This document shows positions 14,431-28,370 of a stretch of 64,000 nt of DNA, piece by piece. Every line of letters begins with the position of its first letter. Within the stretch, counting starts at the first letter, position 1. The stretch lies in NCBI RefSeq assembly GCF_009914755.1, contig NC_060937.1; one strand, written 5' to 3'. The notes under the pieces are model-generated. The model worked only from the letters and a program-made list of their open reading frames with translations. It was not told the DNA's origin and did no database searches. A program made the translations under genes and the position numbers. Source of the stretch: the human T2T-CHM13v2.0 reference genome, Homo sapiens.

Positions 14431-17400
14431 TTTTTTGAAATACTTTTATTTTAAGTTCAGGGGTATATGTGCAGGTTTGTTACATAAGTAAACTTGAGTT
14501 ATGGGGGTTTGTTGTATAGATTATTTCATTACCCAGGTATTAAGCCTAGTACCCATTGGTTATTTTTCCTGATTCTCTCCCTCCTCACACCTTTCACCCT
14601 CTGATAGGCCCCAGTGTGCATTGTTCCCCTCTATGTGTCGATGTGCTCTCATCATTTAGCTCCCACTTATACGTAAGAACATGTGATATTTGGTTTACTG
14701 TTTCTGTGTTAGTTTGCTAAGGAGAACAGCCTCCAGCTCCATCCATGTACCTGCAAAATACATGATCTCATTCTTTTTTATGGCTGCATAATATTGCATG
14801 GCATATATGTACCACATTTTCTTTATCCAATCTGTCATTGATGGGCATTTAGATTGGTTCCACGTCTTTGTTCTTGTTAAAAGTTCTGCAGTGAACATTT
14901 GCATGTATGCGTCTTTATGGTAAAATGATTTCTATTGCATTGGGTCTATACCAAATAATGGGATCACTGGGTCAAATGGTAGCTGCTTTTAGCTCTTTGA
15001 GGAATCACCACACTGCTTTCCACAATGGTTGAACTAATTTACTCTCCCACCAAGAATCTATAAGGGTTCCCTTTCTCTGTAACCTTGCCAGCATCTGTTC
15101 TTTTTTGGCTTTTAATTAATAATCATTCTGACGGGTATGAGATGGCATCTCAATATGGTTTTGATTTGCATTTCTCTATTAATCAGTGATTTTGAGGTTT
15201 CTTTCATATGCTTATTGGCCATGTGTATGTCTTCTTTTGAAAAGTGTCCATTCATGTCCTTTGCCCACTTTTTAATGGGGTTGTTTGTTTTTTGCTGTGC
15301 AGAAACTCTTTAGTTTAATTAGATCCCATTTTTCCATTTATGCTTTTGTTATTATTGCTTTTGGGATCTTTGTCATGAAATCTTTGCCTGTTCTTCTATG
15401 TCCAGAATGGTATTACCTAGATTGTCTTCAAAGGTTTTTATAGTTTTGAGTGTTACATGCAAGTCTTTAATCCATCTTGAGTTGATTTTTGTATATGGTG
15501 TAAAGAAGGGGTCTAATTTCCGTCTTCTGCATACGGCAACTCAGCTATCACAGAACCATTTATTGAATAGGGAGTCATTTCCCCATTTATTGTTTTTTGT
15601 CAGCTTTGTTGAAGATCAGGTGGTCATAGATGTGCAGCCTTATATCTGGATTCTCTATTATATTCCATTGGTCTATGTGTCCATTTTTGTACCAGTACCA
15701 TGATGTTTTGGTTACTGTATCCTTGTAGTATAGTTTGAAATCAAGTAACATGATGCCTGCAGCTTTCTTCTTTTTGCTTAGGATTGCCTGGGCTATTCTG
15801 GCTCTCTTTTGGGTCCATATGAATATTAAGAGAGCTTTTTCTAGTTCTGTTAAGAATGTCATTGGTAGTTTGATAGGAATAGCATTGAATCTATAAATTG
15901 CTTTGGGCAGTACAGCCATTTTAATGATACTGGTTTTTCCTATTCATGAGCATGGGATGTTTTTCCATTTGTTTATGCTGTCTCTGACTTCTTTGAGCAG
16001 CATTTTGTAATTCTCAATGTAGAGATCGTTCATCTCCCTGGTTAGCTGTATTCCTAGGTATTTTATTCTTTTTGTGGCTATTGTGAATGAACTTGCATTT
16101 CTGATTTGACTCTCGTCTTGGCTGTTGTTGATGTATAGGAATGCCAGTTTTTTTGTGCATTGATTTTGTATGCTGAAACTTTGCTGAAGTTGTTTATCAG
16201 CTGAAGGAGCTTTGAGGCTGAGACTGTGGAGTTTTCTAGATATAGAATCATGTTGTCTTCAAAGAGGGATAGTTTGACTTCCTTTTTTCCTTTTTGGATG
16301 CCCCATTGCTCTAACCAGGACTTCCAATACTATGTTCAATATGAGTAGTGAAGGAGGACATCCTTATCTTTTGCTGGTTTTCAGGGGGAATGCTTCCAGC
16401 TTTTCTCCATTCAGTACAATCTTGGCTGTGGGTTTGTCATAGATGGCTGTTATTATTTTCAGATATGTTCCTTCAATACCTAGTTTATTAAGAGTTTTTA
16501 ACATGATGGGATGTTGAATTTTATTGAAAGCCTTTTCTGTGTCTGTTAAAATAATCATATGGTTTTTGTCTTTAGTTCTACTTATATGATGAGTTACATT
16601 TATTGATTTTTGTATGTTGAACCCAACTTGCATCTCGAGGATGAGTGTGATGGATTAGCTTTCTGATGTGCTGCTGGATTTGGTTTGCAAATATTTTATT
16701 ATTTTTGCATCTATGATCATCAAGGATATTGGCCTGAAGTTTTCTTTTTTGTTGTGTCTATACCAGGCTTTGGTATCAGGATGATGCTGGCCTCATAGAA
16801 TAAGTTGAGGAAGAGTCCCTCTTCCTCTATTTTTTGGAATAATTTCAGTAGGAATGGCACCAGCTCTTCTTTGTACATCCAGTAGAATGTGGCCATGAAT
16901 CCACCTGGTTCTGGACTTTTTGTGGTTGGTAGGCTATTTATAACTGATTCAGTTTCAGAGCTCATTATTGGTCTGTTTAGGAAATCAATTTCTTACTGGT
17001 TCAGTCTTGGGAGGTTGTATGTCTGTCCAGAAATTTGTCCATCTCTTCTAGGTTTTCCAGTTTGTGTGCATATAGGTGTTCATAGTGGTTTCTGGTTGTT
17101 ATTTTTATGTCTGTAGGGTCAGTGATAACATCCCCTTTGTCATTTCTAATTGTGTTTATTTGGATTTTCTCTGCTTTCATCTTTATTTGTCTTATTGACT
17201 GCTAGATAGCTAACAGTCTATCTTATTAATTAAAATTGTTGCTCTTTTTAATCGGTTTTTGTGTCTTGATTTCCTTCAGTTCAGCTCTGATTTATATTAT
17301 TTCTTGTCTTCTACCAGCTTTGGGGTTGGTTTGCTCGTGATTCTCTAATTCTTCCATTTGTGATGTTAGGTTGGTAGTTTGAGGCCTTTCTAACTTTTTG

Positions 17401-18236
17401 ATTTGAGGATTTAGTGCTATGAATTTCCCTTGTAACACTGCCTCAGCTGTGTCCCAGAGATTCTGGTACGTAGTATCTTTGTTTCAAAGAACTTCTTTAT
17501 TTCTGCCTTAATTTTGTTATTTATCCAAATGTCATTTAGGAGTATGATGTTTAATTTCCATGTAATTGCATGGTTTTGAGTGATATTTTTAGTATTGATT
17601 TCTATTTTCATTGTGTTGTTGTCTGAAAGTATGTTTGGTATGATTTTCATTCTTTTGCATTTGTTGAGGGTTGTTTTATGTATGATTATGTGGTCAATTT
17701 TAGAGTATGTGCCATGTGGTGATGAGAAGAATATACATTCTCTTGTTTTGGGGTGGAGACTTCTGTAGAGGTCTCTCAGATCCATTTGGTCCAATGTTGA
17801 TTTCAGGTCCTGAATATCTTTGTTAATTTTGGGGGTATCTAAGGCTCCCTGGGCTCTGCATGTGCCTGAGCAGCTGCTCTGCCAAGACTTCACGTACCTC
17901 TGCATGTCAGACTGAAGGCCCTGAAGGAGTGAGTTCACACGTGGATATTCTGACCCAAGGGTTGCAAAGATCTGTGTTGGAAGGATGGGTTCCAGGGGTC
18001 ACTCATCACTTCCCTGGGCATGGGAGGTTGCCTTGGCTCCATGTCATTCCTAGGTGGGCAGCCATCCTTCCTTGCTTTTCTCTGCTCTTGGTAGGTCGAG
18101 TTGTTTCCTTGATTAGTCCCACTGCATGTACCTAGATGTTTCAGTTGAAGGTGCTGTATTTACTTGCCCCTTCCATTCCTCTCTGTGAGAGTGGTGCACA
18201 CTAGCTGCTTCTACTCAGCCATCATGACCAAACCCC
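14431..18236 (-). mobile_element. L1PA13-like LINE with 5' terminus joined directly to ORF2 (ORF1 deleted)
   Basis: L1PA12-14-type 3'UTR at 14431-14800. Degraded ORF2 to 17830 (e.g. [27 protein letters not shown]). 17831-18236 is an L1P 5'UTR start (CATGATGGCTGAGTAGAAGCAGCTAGTGTGCACC on minus). Confidence 0.85.
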
Positions 18237-18505
18237 AACATTCTTCACAGAAATGGAAAAAAAAAATCCAAATTTTTGTGGAAAAACAAACAAACCTGAA
18301 TAGCCAAAGCAATCCTAAGGAGAAAGAACAAAGCTGGAGGCATCACACTACAAGACTTCACAATATGCTACAAAGCTGTAGTAACCAAAACAGCATAGTA
18401 CTGGCATAAAAACAGACACATTGACCAACAGAATAGAACAGAGAAATCAGAAACTAATCCATGTGTTTACCTCCAACTGATTTTTGACAAAGGCACCAAG
18501 AATAT
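18237..18505 (+). mobile_element. L1MA-type ORF2 fragment
   Basis: ACATTCTTCACAGAAAT...AAAGCTGGAGGCATCACAC...TTTGACAAAGGCACCAAGAA. Confidence 0.8.
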
Positions 18506-18769
18506 ATATTTTTTCATAAAGCAATTAAGGCTGTAATTTTCCCCCGTATAAAGTTTTGACTATATCCCATAAATTTTGATAAGAAGTTCCTACAACATTT
18601 TTATTGCTGAATGTATTCTAACTTCCATTTTTGTTTCTTCTTCATCACATGAGTTATGTATGTAGAAGTTGGTATTAAAATTTTAAAATATATGGAGTGT
18701 TCATATACCCTTTGAAGATAAAATCTCTGAAATTTGCTGTTATCTGGAGCAGGAGCTTTCTAGGAAAGT

Positions 18770-20700
18770 GAAAGACCCTGGGTTAGAAAGTAGCTGGTGT
18801 ATTCAAGGAACAGCAAGAAATTCAGTGTGGCTGGAGGAGAGTCTACAAAAGAATAGAAAATGTAATCAGAAGAGTAACACAGAGCGGGTTCTTATAAGGC
18901 CTCGAAGATCAGTTAAAGCCTTGACATTTACTCTAAGATAAGGAATACTAGAAGGATTTTAGGCAATTCTGCATTTGAGCAGGATCATTCTGTTAAGAGT
19001 AGACAGGACTGGTAAGTGCAGAAGCTCAGATACCAATTAGAAGCACTTTTACAAAAATCTAGATAATAAATGTTCGAGGCTTTGACCAGGAGTGGCAGTG
19101 AGTAGAGTGATTTATATAGTTTGGATGTTTGTCCCCTCCAAATCTTATGTTGAAATGTGACCTCCAGTGTTAGAGGTGGGGCCTGATGGGAGGTTATTGG
19201 ATCATGGGCATGGATGACTCATGAATGGTTTAATGTCATCCCCTTAGTTATAAGTGAGTTCTCCCTCAGTTAGTTCATGCAAGATCTGGTTGTTTAAAAG
19301 AGTGTGGCACCTTCCTCCACTCTTGCTCCCACTCTTGTCTTGTGGGATATCAGCTTTCTTTCCATTCCACCATGATGGTAAGCTTCCTGAGGCCTCACCA
19401 GAAGCTGAGCAGATGTCAGCACTATGCTTCCTGTACAGCCTACAGAATCATGAGCCAATTAAACCTCTTCTCTGTATAAATTACTTTGTCTCAGGTATTC
19501 TTTTATAGCCATGAAAGAATGGACTAACACAGTGATGAAATATCAAATCATGGATATATTTTAAAGGCAGAACTGGTGAAAACTTCTGTCACACTAGATG
19601 GGTGTCATAGAAATAGAAGAGCCAAGGATGACAACAACGTTTTTAACTCAAAATCTGGAAGAACTTAGTTGTAATCAACTTAATTAGAGAAGACTTAGGC
19701 ACTTCTGGAATTCAAGGGAGAGGTCAAGATTGGAGATATAAATTTGGGAATCATCAAATATGTAGAGTCATTTGACTAGTGTAGGTTACCTATGTAGTAG
19801 TTAGTGTAAATAAAAAAGAGAGGATGTCCAACTACTATCTCCTTGACAATCCAATATTTAGATGTAGAGGAGATGAAGGGGAGTGAGCAAAAGACAATGA
19901 GAACAAGTGACTGTAAAGGTAAGAGGAAAACTAGGCGAGCGTGTTGTGGAAGGTCAAGTGGAGAACATGTTTCAAGATGGACACTATGATCAACTATGAC
20001 AAATGTTCCTTGTAAGTCAAGATGAGGATAGAGAAATGATTACCAGCAATGGAATTTCACTGCTAATCTTGATAAAGTGCAGTTTTAGTGGAATGGTGTG
20101 ATGGGAACATGATTGCAATGAATTCAAAGAGAATGAGAGGAGAGCACAAGCATGGACAACTATTTTAAAGAGTCCTTAAATTTTTTAAAGGGAAGATAAA
20201 AGATTATGTGATAGCTAGAGGGAGATATGAAAAGAGAAGAGCATTTGATGATGGTAGCATTAACAAATCATACTTGCTTGCTGATAGGCATGATCTAAGA
20301 AAAAGGAAAAAAAATGATGATGCAGGAGACAAGTGAGAGAATTGCTGGAGTATTATCCTTGAGTGAGTAAGTGAGAAAAGAATAGCGAGCCCAATGCAGA
20401 AGTTGTCCTTAGTGAAGAGCATGGAGTTTATTCAATATAACAGGAGGCAAAATATTATGTATACGAACCTCTATAGATACCTTTGTGGATGTGGTGGTTG
20501 GAGCTGTTGGAAATTTTTTTTCCTATTGCTTCCATTTTTTTAATGAAGAAAGAAAATAAGTCATCGGCTGATAATGAGGATAGGGAAGCCATGCACCACG
20601 TGTGAGGAGAGGGGAAAGAATGAGAAGTATGAGAAAGAGAAAATCAACTAGGAAAATAAATTATGATCGATGAGCAGCATGAAAAACCCTCTTAGTTTAC
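18770..20700 (-). mobile_element. L2 relic interrupted by MSTB
   Basis: Typical reverse L2 text: TTCAAGGAACAGCAAG...GTGTGGCTGGAG, GGAGATATAAATTTGGGAATCATCA, GATCAACTATGACAAATG. Confidence 0.75.
19112..19531 (+). mobile_element. MSTB MaLR solo LTR
   Basis: TATAGTTTGGATGTTTGTCCCCTCCAAATC...GGACTAACACA. Perfect 5-bp TSD GTGAT at 19107-19111 and 19532-19536. Confidence 0.9.
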
Positions 20701-21461
20701 TGATCATAAATGAAAATTAAGATTGGTAAATACGTTTTATTTCATTTTGTTTTTTGTGTTTTTGTTTTGTTTTGTTTTGTTCATTCTTAGTCACAGTCTG
20801 GGCACAAAATATGCAGAGTTGTATTTAATCGATGCTTTGGTTTCATAAAGTGAGTATGACAAAGAACAATAAAGTTAGAGTTTGTTAAACCCTGATCCTT
20901 TTCAAAAGTCTGTGGTTTGTGTTATGATATTTTTAAATTACAATTTCATTTACAATTATCATTAAATCCAAAGAAGAATTTTTGACATGATACATCTTCT
21001 TTATTAGTGAAAACTAAAACTCACATTATGGGAGATAAGAAAATTATTCTCAAAACTACTTTGAATCAGGATAGTAAAGCATAGTGATTGAAAATAAGTA
21101 ACTTGCAGTGTGAATGGAAATTTCCATTTAATATGTCAGAAATAGCTTATATAGTAATAGTAATAAGTAATATAATCCCTTGAAATAAAGTAGAAATTTT
21201 AAGACACTATTAAAAAAAGATGCTTTTATGGGCTCATTTCTGTCTGAGCCAATATGAAGCTACAAATTGATTTGTTTTTTATCTCAGAAATAAAAATTAA
21301 TTTTCTTTACAAAGAAATCAAGAAGTTAACATTCTTTTATCAGAATGCCAGAGTGCATCTTAAAGTAATGGCTGCTAGGAAGAATAGTTTTCTTTCAAGT
21401 AAGTGTTTATGGATAATATAAGGTATATACAAAATATATGTTAATTTATTTTATTTTAAAA

Positions 21462-22103
21462 TGTATTATTCTCAGATACATGTTACACACCTCCTTAATA
21501 TCCTCTTGACTTCTCTTGCCTCCTGGACCTTCCTCTCTATTTGCTTCACAGCATTTGGTCTCATGGTAATCCAACTCCAATCACACTCACACAATTCCTC
21601 CATCTAAAGCCAATTGACCACAGTCTAGGAGTATCCAGCTCTCCAAAAGCATCTTGATCCTGAGTGAAACACAAGAGAAAGAATAAAATCTAGCTTTTCA
21701 AGCAGCTGCTAAAGGGACCAAATAATGTAACCCAGAATTGCAGGGTAATTGACACCTCAGGTGGTGGACTTTGACAAATGGGGAGAGAAGACAAACAAGT
21801 CAATTATATAAGTTCTCTCTCCTTCCCTTCGATGTTCTATTCCCAGTCACAGTTTCTCCATAGACCCTGCCTGGAGATATCCTCTAAGGCATAGCAGGTG
21901 CACCTACCAAGTTGCCAACTGTGTCATTTGCATTACGTCAAGAAACATAATTAGCATGATACCACATCATCTTGCACTGTACATATCTTTCCCCGCCTCA
22001 CTTGTTTGCCCTGATTCTCATTTCGTAGAATTGTACATCACAAATAAAGCCTCAGTACTTAATCCTTGCATCAGACTATTTTCAAGGAACCACAGGCTAA
22101 AAG
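21462..22103 (+). mobile_element. LTR50-like ERVL LTR
   Basis: GGACTTTGACAAATGGG, ACAGTTTCTCCATA...CCTGGAGATATCC and 3' CAAATAAAGCCTCAGTACTTAATCCTTGCATCAGAC...GGCTAA. Confidence 0.6.
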
Positions 22104-22139
22104 GAGAACCAGAGTGTAAAGCACGTGTGCAGTTGAAAT

Positions 22140-24300
22140 GTTCATAGAATCATCACCCAAGTTGAAACTTATAACATTACTTTAGAACCTTTTCTTTATG
22201 CCCTTCACCAAATACATAAGATAATCATTATATTTAATTTTATTGTAAACATGTCCATCTGCTTCTTTCCAGTTTTACTGGTTATATATGCATATTCCTA
22301 AGCAGTAACATTTTGTTTTGCCATTTTTGAAATCTATATATGTGGGATGATACATAATATATTTTGGGAATTTTCTCCTCTAAGTTTTACTTGTGAGATT
22401 CATTCATGTTGCTTCCATGTAGCTGTGGCTTATTAATTTTTGTTATTACATAGTACTATATTATATGAATAATTAAAAATTACTAATTCTACTGAAGAGT
22501 AGTTAGGTTTTTAATAGTTCTTTTTCTGTATAAGCATTTTTAGATATGTCTTCTAGGACAAAAATGCAAGAGTGCATCTAGGTTATACACCTATGAGTGG
22601 ATATTCTAGTTCATAAGATATGGATGTGTTTTGCCATAAAAATATGAGAGTTTTTACTGCTCTGCATTTTCAACTATACTTGGTTTTCTATAGCTGTTCT
22701 ATATATATTTTTTACCAGTCTGGTTGTTAGGTAATGATATCTCAATGTGGATTTAATTTGCATTTCCATTAAAATTAATGAAATTGAGTATATTTGTATT
22801 TTCTTTTCTATAGTGTTTATTAAAATCTTTTAACTATTTGAAAATTGTGTTTTTCTTAGCAATTTGTGAGATTTCCTTCATATTCTAGATATTAGTTATT
22901 TTTCATTAAAATATATGGCAAAGCACTTTTCCCAGTTGTTCTGTCTTTTCACTCTCTATGGGATGTCTTAATTTAAATGTTGGCCAAATTTATCAATGCT
23001 TTCCATTATAGTTTTTGTTTTTATGTGTCTCATGGCATAATCACTTCCACTCCTAAAATAACTTTTTACCTTTTCATCCACAGATTGTATGATTCTGTAT
23101 TTTATATTTAGGTCTTTAGACACCAAAATTCATTTTGCTGTATGTCAGGTTTCTTTCCCCCTTTTTCTACTTCCTTCTTTCAGTTTATTTATTTAATGTA
23201 AATTTAGTCCTTTCCTCATTGATCTACAATAACATCTCTGCCATTATATCAAGTGTTCATATATTTAGAGTTTTTTCCTGGGCTTCTATTCTTTTTTATG
23301 GTTTAATTGTTTACCCCTAAAACTTCACATTATCAAACTTGCTATAGCTTTATAACATATACTACTGCTCTGTTATGAGACTATCCTGTTTTTTACTTTT
23401 TTACTTCCATATAAATTTAGAATCAATTTTACATGCTTCACAAAAAATTACTTATTGGCATTTTAATGGAATGCATTGAATCTATAGATCTGTTGGCCAA
23501 AAAATGACATTTTCTATTTATTCCCTTGTTCTATATTTATTTTTAAATATAAACAATTAGATAAAATAGATTTCTTATGTCAATAGTATTCTGTCTTTCA
23601 TTTTTTGGTAAACAATGATTTCTGCTATAAATTGCTTTCTTATCACACATATTATTAAATATGATACCTTTATATCATTCTAATATTTTCTAATTTCCAG
23701 TATATTTTTTGATCAATGAATTATTTAGAATATGATTTTAGTACCCAAATTTATGAAATGTCTTAATTATCTTTTTACTATTTATTTCAAATTGAACAGC
23801 ATTGTGATCAGAGAAAGTGATCTCATGACATCAGTTCTTAAGTATATTTTGATACTTAGTCTGTGGCCTAGTACACAGTTAATATTTGTAAATATTTTAT
23901 GTATGCTTGAGAAGAATGCATATTTTCTGACTGTTGGGTTCAGGGTTCTACATATTTATTAGAACAAATTTATTTTTTGAAAGCTTTTATATCTCTATTT
24001 ACTTTTTTCTGCTTTACTTGTATCAGTAACTGAAAGAAATACGTAAAAACAGAAAATCCTCCCACTATGATTACTAACTTGTCAATTTCTGCTATAATTC
24101 TTTCAACTTTTACTTTACCTGTTTTGATGGTATTTTGATAAGTACAGGTTTAAAATTATTATAGTTCACAGATTATTCACAAAATTATTTTATCATTATA
24201 CTATGAAATAGTTTGTCATATTAATGCTTTTGTGTTAAATTTTATTTTTTATTTAATTACTATAGCTACATTGATTTCCTTTTTATTTGGCTTTTCTGCC
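22140..24300 (-). mobile_element. Old L1ME-type relic
   Basis: T-rich reverse L1 text (GGATTTAATTTGCATTTCC, TTCCATATAAATTTAGAATCA, GCATTGAATCTATAGATC, TGCTTGAGAAGAATGCATATT). Confidence 0.7.
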
Positions 24301-24951
24301 CACAGTCAAGGCAACATAGACAAATTCCCTTCCATTTCTCCATGCTATTAGAGGTCTCGCATTTTATATCTGAGGACATAGCTTTTCAAACATCTAGGTC
24401 TCAATCTGCATCCCATCCTCCATCATGTGAAAACCCAGACTCATATTCTGCTCAATAGGATGTTAAGTCTCTTTTAAGAAAAAATAGCAAAACTCCATGG
24501 CATAGTCACTACATCAATTCTTATATTGAGCATTTTGCTTCTCAGTCTTCTCTTCATTTTTGTTATCTGATGTCTTATCTTACTTCTTTGTTAGCCTCAA
24601 AGTGCACTTAAAAGTAGGTTTATTGTGTTTTATCCAACATTTCTAGATATTCTAGGATGGGACATTCTCTGGTTATTGACGAAGCAGAACCCACTCATGG
24701 ATGTCATCATATTGATGAACCCCATGAACATGATTCCATACTGGCTGCTGGCCAATAATTTCATGTCAGTTGCGTGAAAATAGTTTGTTCGACTTCCCTT
24801 ATTTTTTAATTATCAGTGTAGAACAGAAACATAAATTACAGATGTCAAAACAGAAATGAGTAGAAAATAAATAAAATGTTATGAATATCTTATGTTCTTT
24901 TGTAATAATAAAAGTTTTAATGAGAATTTTGTTTTAAATAGATGTGCCTCA

Positions 24952-25631
24952 TTTTTTTATTATACTTTAAGTTCTGGGATACATGTGCAGAATGTCCAGG
25001 TTTGTTACACAGGTATACATGTGCCATGGTGGCTATCTACACCCATCAACCCATTATCTAGGTTTTAAGCCCCGCATACATTACGTGTTTGTCCTAATGC
25101 TCTCCCTCCCCTTGCCCCCCACCCCCCAACAGGCCCCAGTGTGTGATATTCCCCTCCCTATGTCCATGTGTTCTTATTGTTCAACTCCCACTAATGAGTG
25201 AGAACATGCAGTGTTTGGTTTTCTGTGTTAGTTTGTTGAGAATGATGGTTTCCAGCTTCATCTATGTCCCTGCAAAGGACATGAACTCATTCTTTTTTAT
25301 GGCTGCATGGTATTCCATGGTGTATATGTGCCACGTTTTCTTTATCCAGTCTTTCATTGATGGGTATTTGGGTTGGTTCAAGAAACTGTCATCAGAATGA
25401 ACAGACAACCTACAGAATGGGAGAAAATTTTTGCAATCTATCCATCTGACAAAGGTCTAATATCCAGAATCTACAAGGAAGTTAAACAAATTTACAAGAA
25501 AACAAAAAAACAACAACCTTATCAAAAAGGGGCGGACAGATATGAACAGCCACTTATCAAAAGAAGACATTTATGTGGCCGACAAACATATGAAGAAACG
25601 CTCATCATCACTGGTGATTAGCGAAATGCAA
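24952..25631 (-). mobile_element. L1PA8-like 3' end with inverted 5' segment (25381-25631 on plus strand)
   Basis: Minus-strand 3'UTR with TTTTAAGCCCCGCAT diagnostic up to 25380, then plus-strand ORF2 ([16 protein letters not shown]). Confidence 0.9.
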
Positions 25632-26239
<608 letters not shown>

Positions 26240-26656
26240 CTTTGTATTCTTATAAAGTGATGGAAGATGCCATTTTATAAAGTTTAAAATGTAGGGAAAA
26301 AAAAACTTATTTGGAATGCTTCTAAGATCTATATCTTCATAATAATACTATTTCTTTAATATATGAGCAAAAATCATTCATTTTAAGTGGCTTTCTATTA
26401 AAAAGGCATAAATTTCATGAAATATGAAAATGTTACATTGTTTTCTTTTTCTCAAAATGTTAATACTACATCACTTAAAAGAAGTATTTCTTTGAGAACA
26501 TAAAATGATAGGAAGTCCTAAAAGATTCTAAAGTTCTGACAGCCAGGTCAAATAACACGATAGCAGAATTCATAAAAGACCATTCCATGATTTTCACTGG
26601 TTAAAGTTGAGGACAGAGTAGATCAACCTTTCCTACCTCTAAACTTTAGCCATATA

Positions 26657-26784
26657 TTGTAGCCTAGTGAATATAGTAATAAATTCATTATTATATTCAC
26701 TTTTTAAATTATTGATTATAATAATAAATTCAATATTAATATTATCAATATAATAAATTCATTATTATATCCACTGGGCCACAA
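26657..26784. repeat. AT-rich nested inverted repeat (quasi-palindrome)
   Basis: TTGTAGCCTAGTGAATATAGTAATAAATT and AATTCATTATTATATCCACTGGGCCACAA are complementary at 24 of 29 positions. Confidence 0.85.
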
Positions 26785-26970
26785 AAGCTCAGTTTAAGGT
26801 TACTTCCCAGGCATTAATAAATACCACTTCCGGTGGCATTTATTAATCATATTAATTCTTGATTCTCACTGAGAAACTTGTTTTTGTGGTTTTTGGGTTA
26901 GTCTTTTTTAACTTGTATGCTTTCTTTTTTGTTTTTAACTTGCATGCTTTTTTTTTTCCTGATGTTAACA

Positions 26971-27150
26971 TTTTTCCCCCAGCTTTAGTGAGGTAAAATT
27001 GACAATGCAAAATTCTGTATATTTAAGATGTGCAATGTTATATTTTGATATACATTTACATTGTTGAAATGATTACCACAATCAAGCTGATCAACATATC
27101 CATCACCTCATATAGTTAATTTTTTGTGTGTGCATGGTGAGAATTCTTAT
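26971..27150 (-). mobile_element. L1MA9-like 3' end
   Basis: CAGCTTTAGTGAGGTAAAATTGACA...GATTACCACAATCAAGC...CATCACCTCATATAGTT. Confidence 0.75.
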
Positions 27151-28370
27151 ACTTCTACCAAATCTGTATGAAAGTTTCTATTGTTCTGTATCCTTGCTAA
27201 TACTTGACATTGTCAGAGTTCATAAAATCTCAGCCCTTCTCGTGAAGTCTACTGGAATCTCATTGTGGTTTTATTTTACATTTCCCAACTACTATTTTAA
27301 AAAGTAGTAATACATACTTTGTTGTCTATTTAAGGCATACATGGATATTCCCTTTTACAAAATGCCTGTTCAAACTTGTTGCCTATCATTGTTCTAGAGG
27401 ACTTTTTTCATTATTGATTATAAGATGAATTATTTATTAATTATGAACCATTTTTTAGTTATATGGGTTGTAAATATCTTCTATTATTTGGCTTGATAGT
27501 CACTCTCTTAAAGGACTAATTTAAGGAATAGGCTTTGCTTTTTATGTAGCCAAAATTATCAGTTTTTTCCTTTGTGGATAGAGCTTTTTCTCGTCTTTAA
27601 CAGTATTTTTCTAATCCTCCAGTACAATATTGAAGCTAAACGGTAATAGTGAACATCCTTGTTTCACTTCCAAAATAAAAACTATCATCATTTTTCCATT
27701 AAGTATGATATTGGCATTAGGGATTTTGGTGTGGTTGGTTGTTTATGTATTTGTTTGGATACTCTTTTATATTAATAAAATTCCCTTCTATTCTTAATTT
27801 TATAAGAGCTTTTTTCATGAACAATTCTTTAATTCTATTGAAAGCTTTTCCGCAGTTTTTTTTAAGCAACTATGATATTTTTCTCCCTAATTTTATAATA
27901 GGGAAGTTTTTTAGGGACTCGTTTAGAGAATGTTTAATATTGAACAAACTTTATGTTCATGGAAAATATAGCCATCCTTTCACAAGCATGGAATCTTCAT
28001 CATATGTTGCTGAATTCAGTTTCTTGCTATTTTGGTTAGAATTCTATTAATGTTCATGAGCCAAATTACTGTAATGTACATGAATCAGTAATTTTCTTGT
28101 CAGGATATGTTATCAAAGTCATGTTGACCTCATAAAATGAGTTAGCGGGTGCTTCATCCTTTTCAAATCTCTGGAAGACTAGAAGTCTCTGGAAGAATTT
28201 GTGTATGTTTGTTATTGTTTTTTCCTTAAATATCAAAAGCTGCCTTCTCTATGGAACTATGCCCTTAAGATTTTGGTCACCTCAGCCTTCCTAAAATCCA
28301 ATCTCTGTCTCCTAGTCTAAGCAAGATGGGTGTGAACAGCTTGCCATGCCCTTCCTAGCAGGAAAGTCTC
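27151..28370 (-). mobile_element. Old L1M relic
   Basis: Reverse L1 ORF2-like text (CTCATTGTGGTTTTATTT, GTAATAGTGAACATCCTTG, GTTGACCTCATAAAATGAGTT). Confidence 0.6.
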
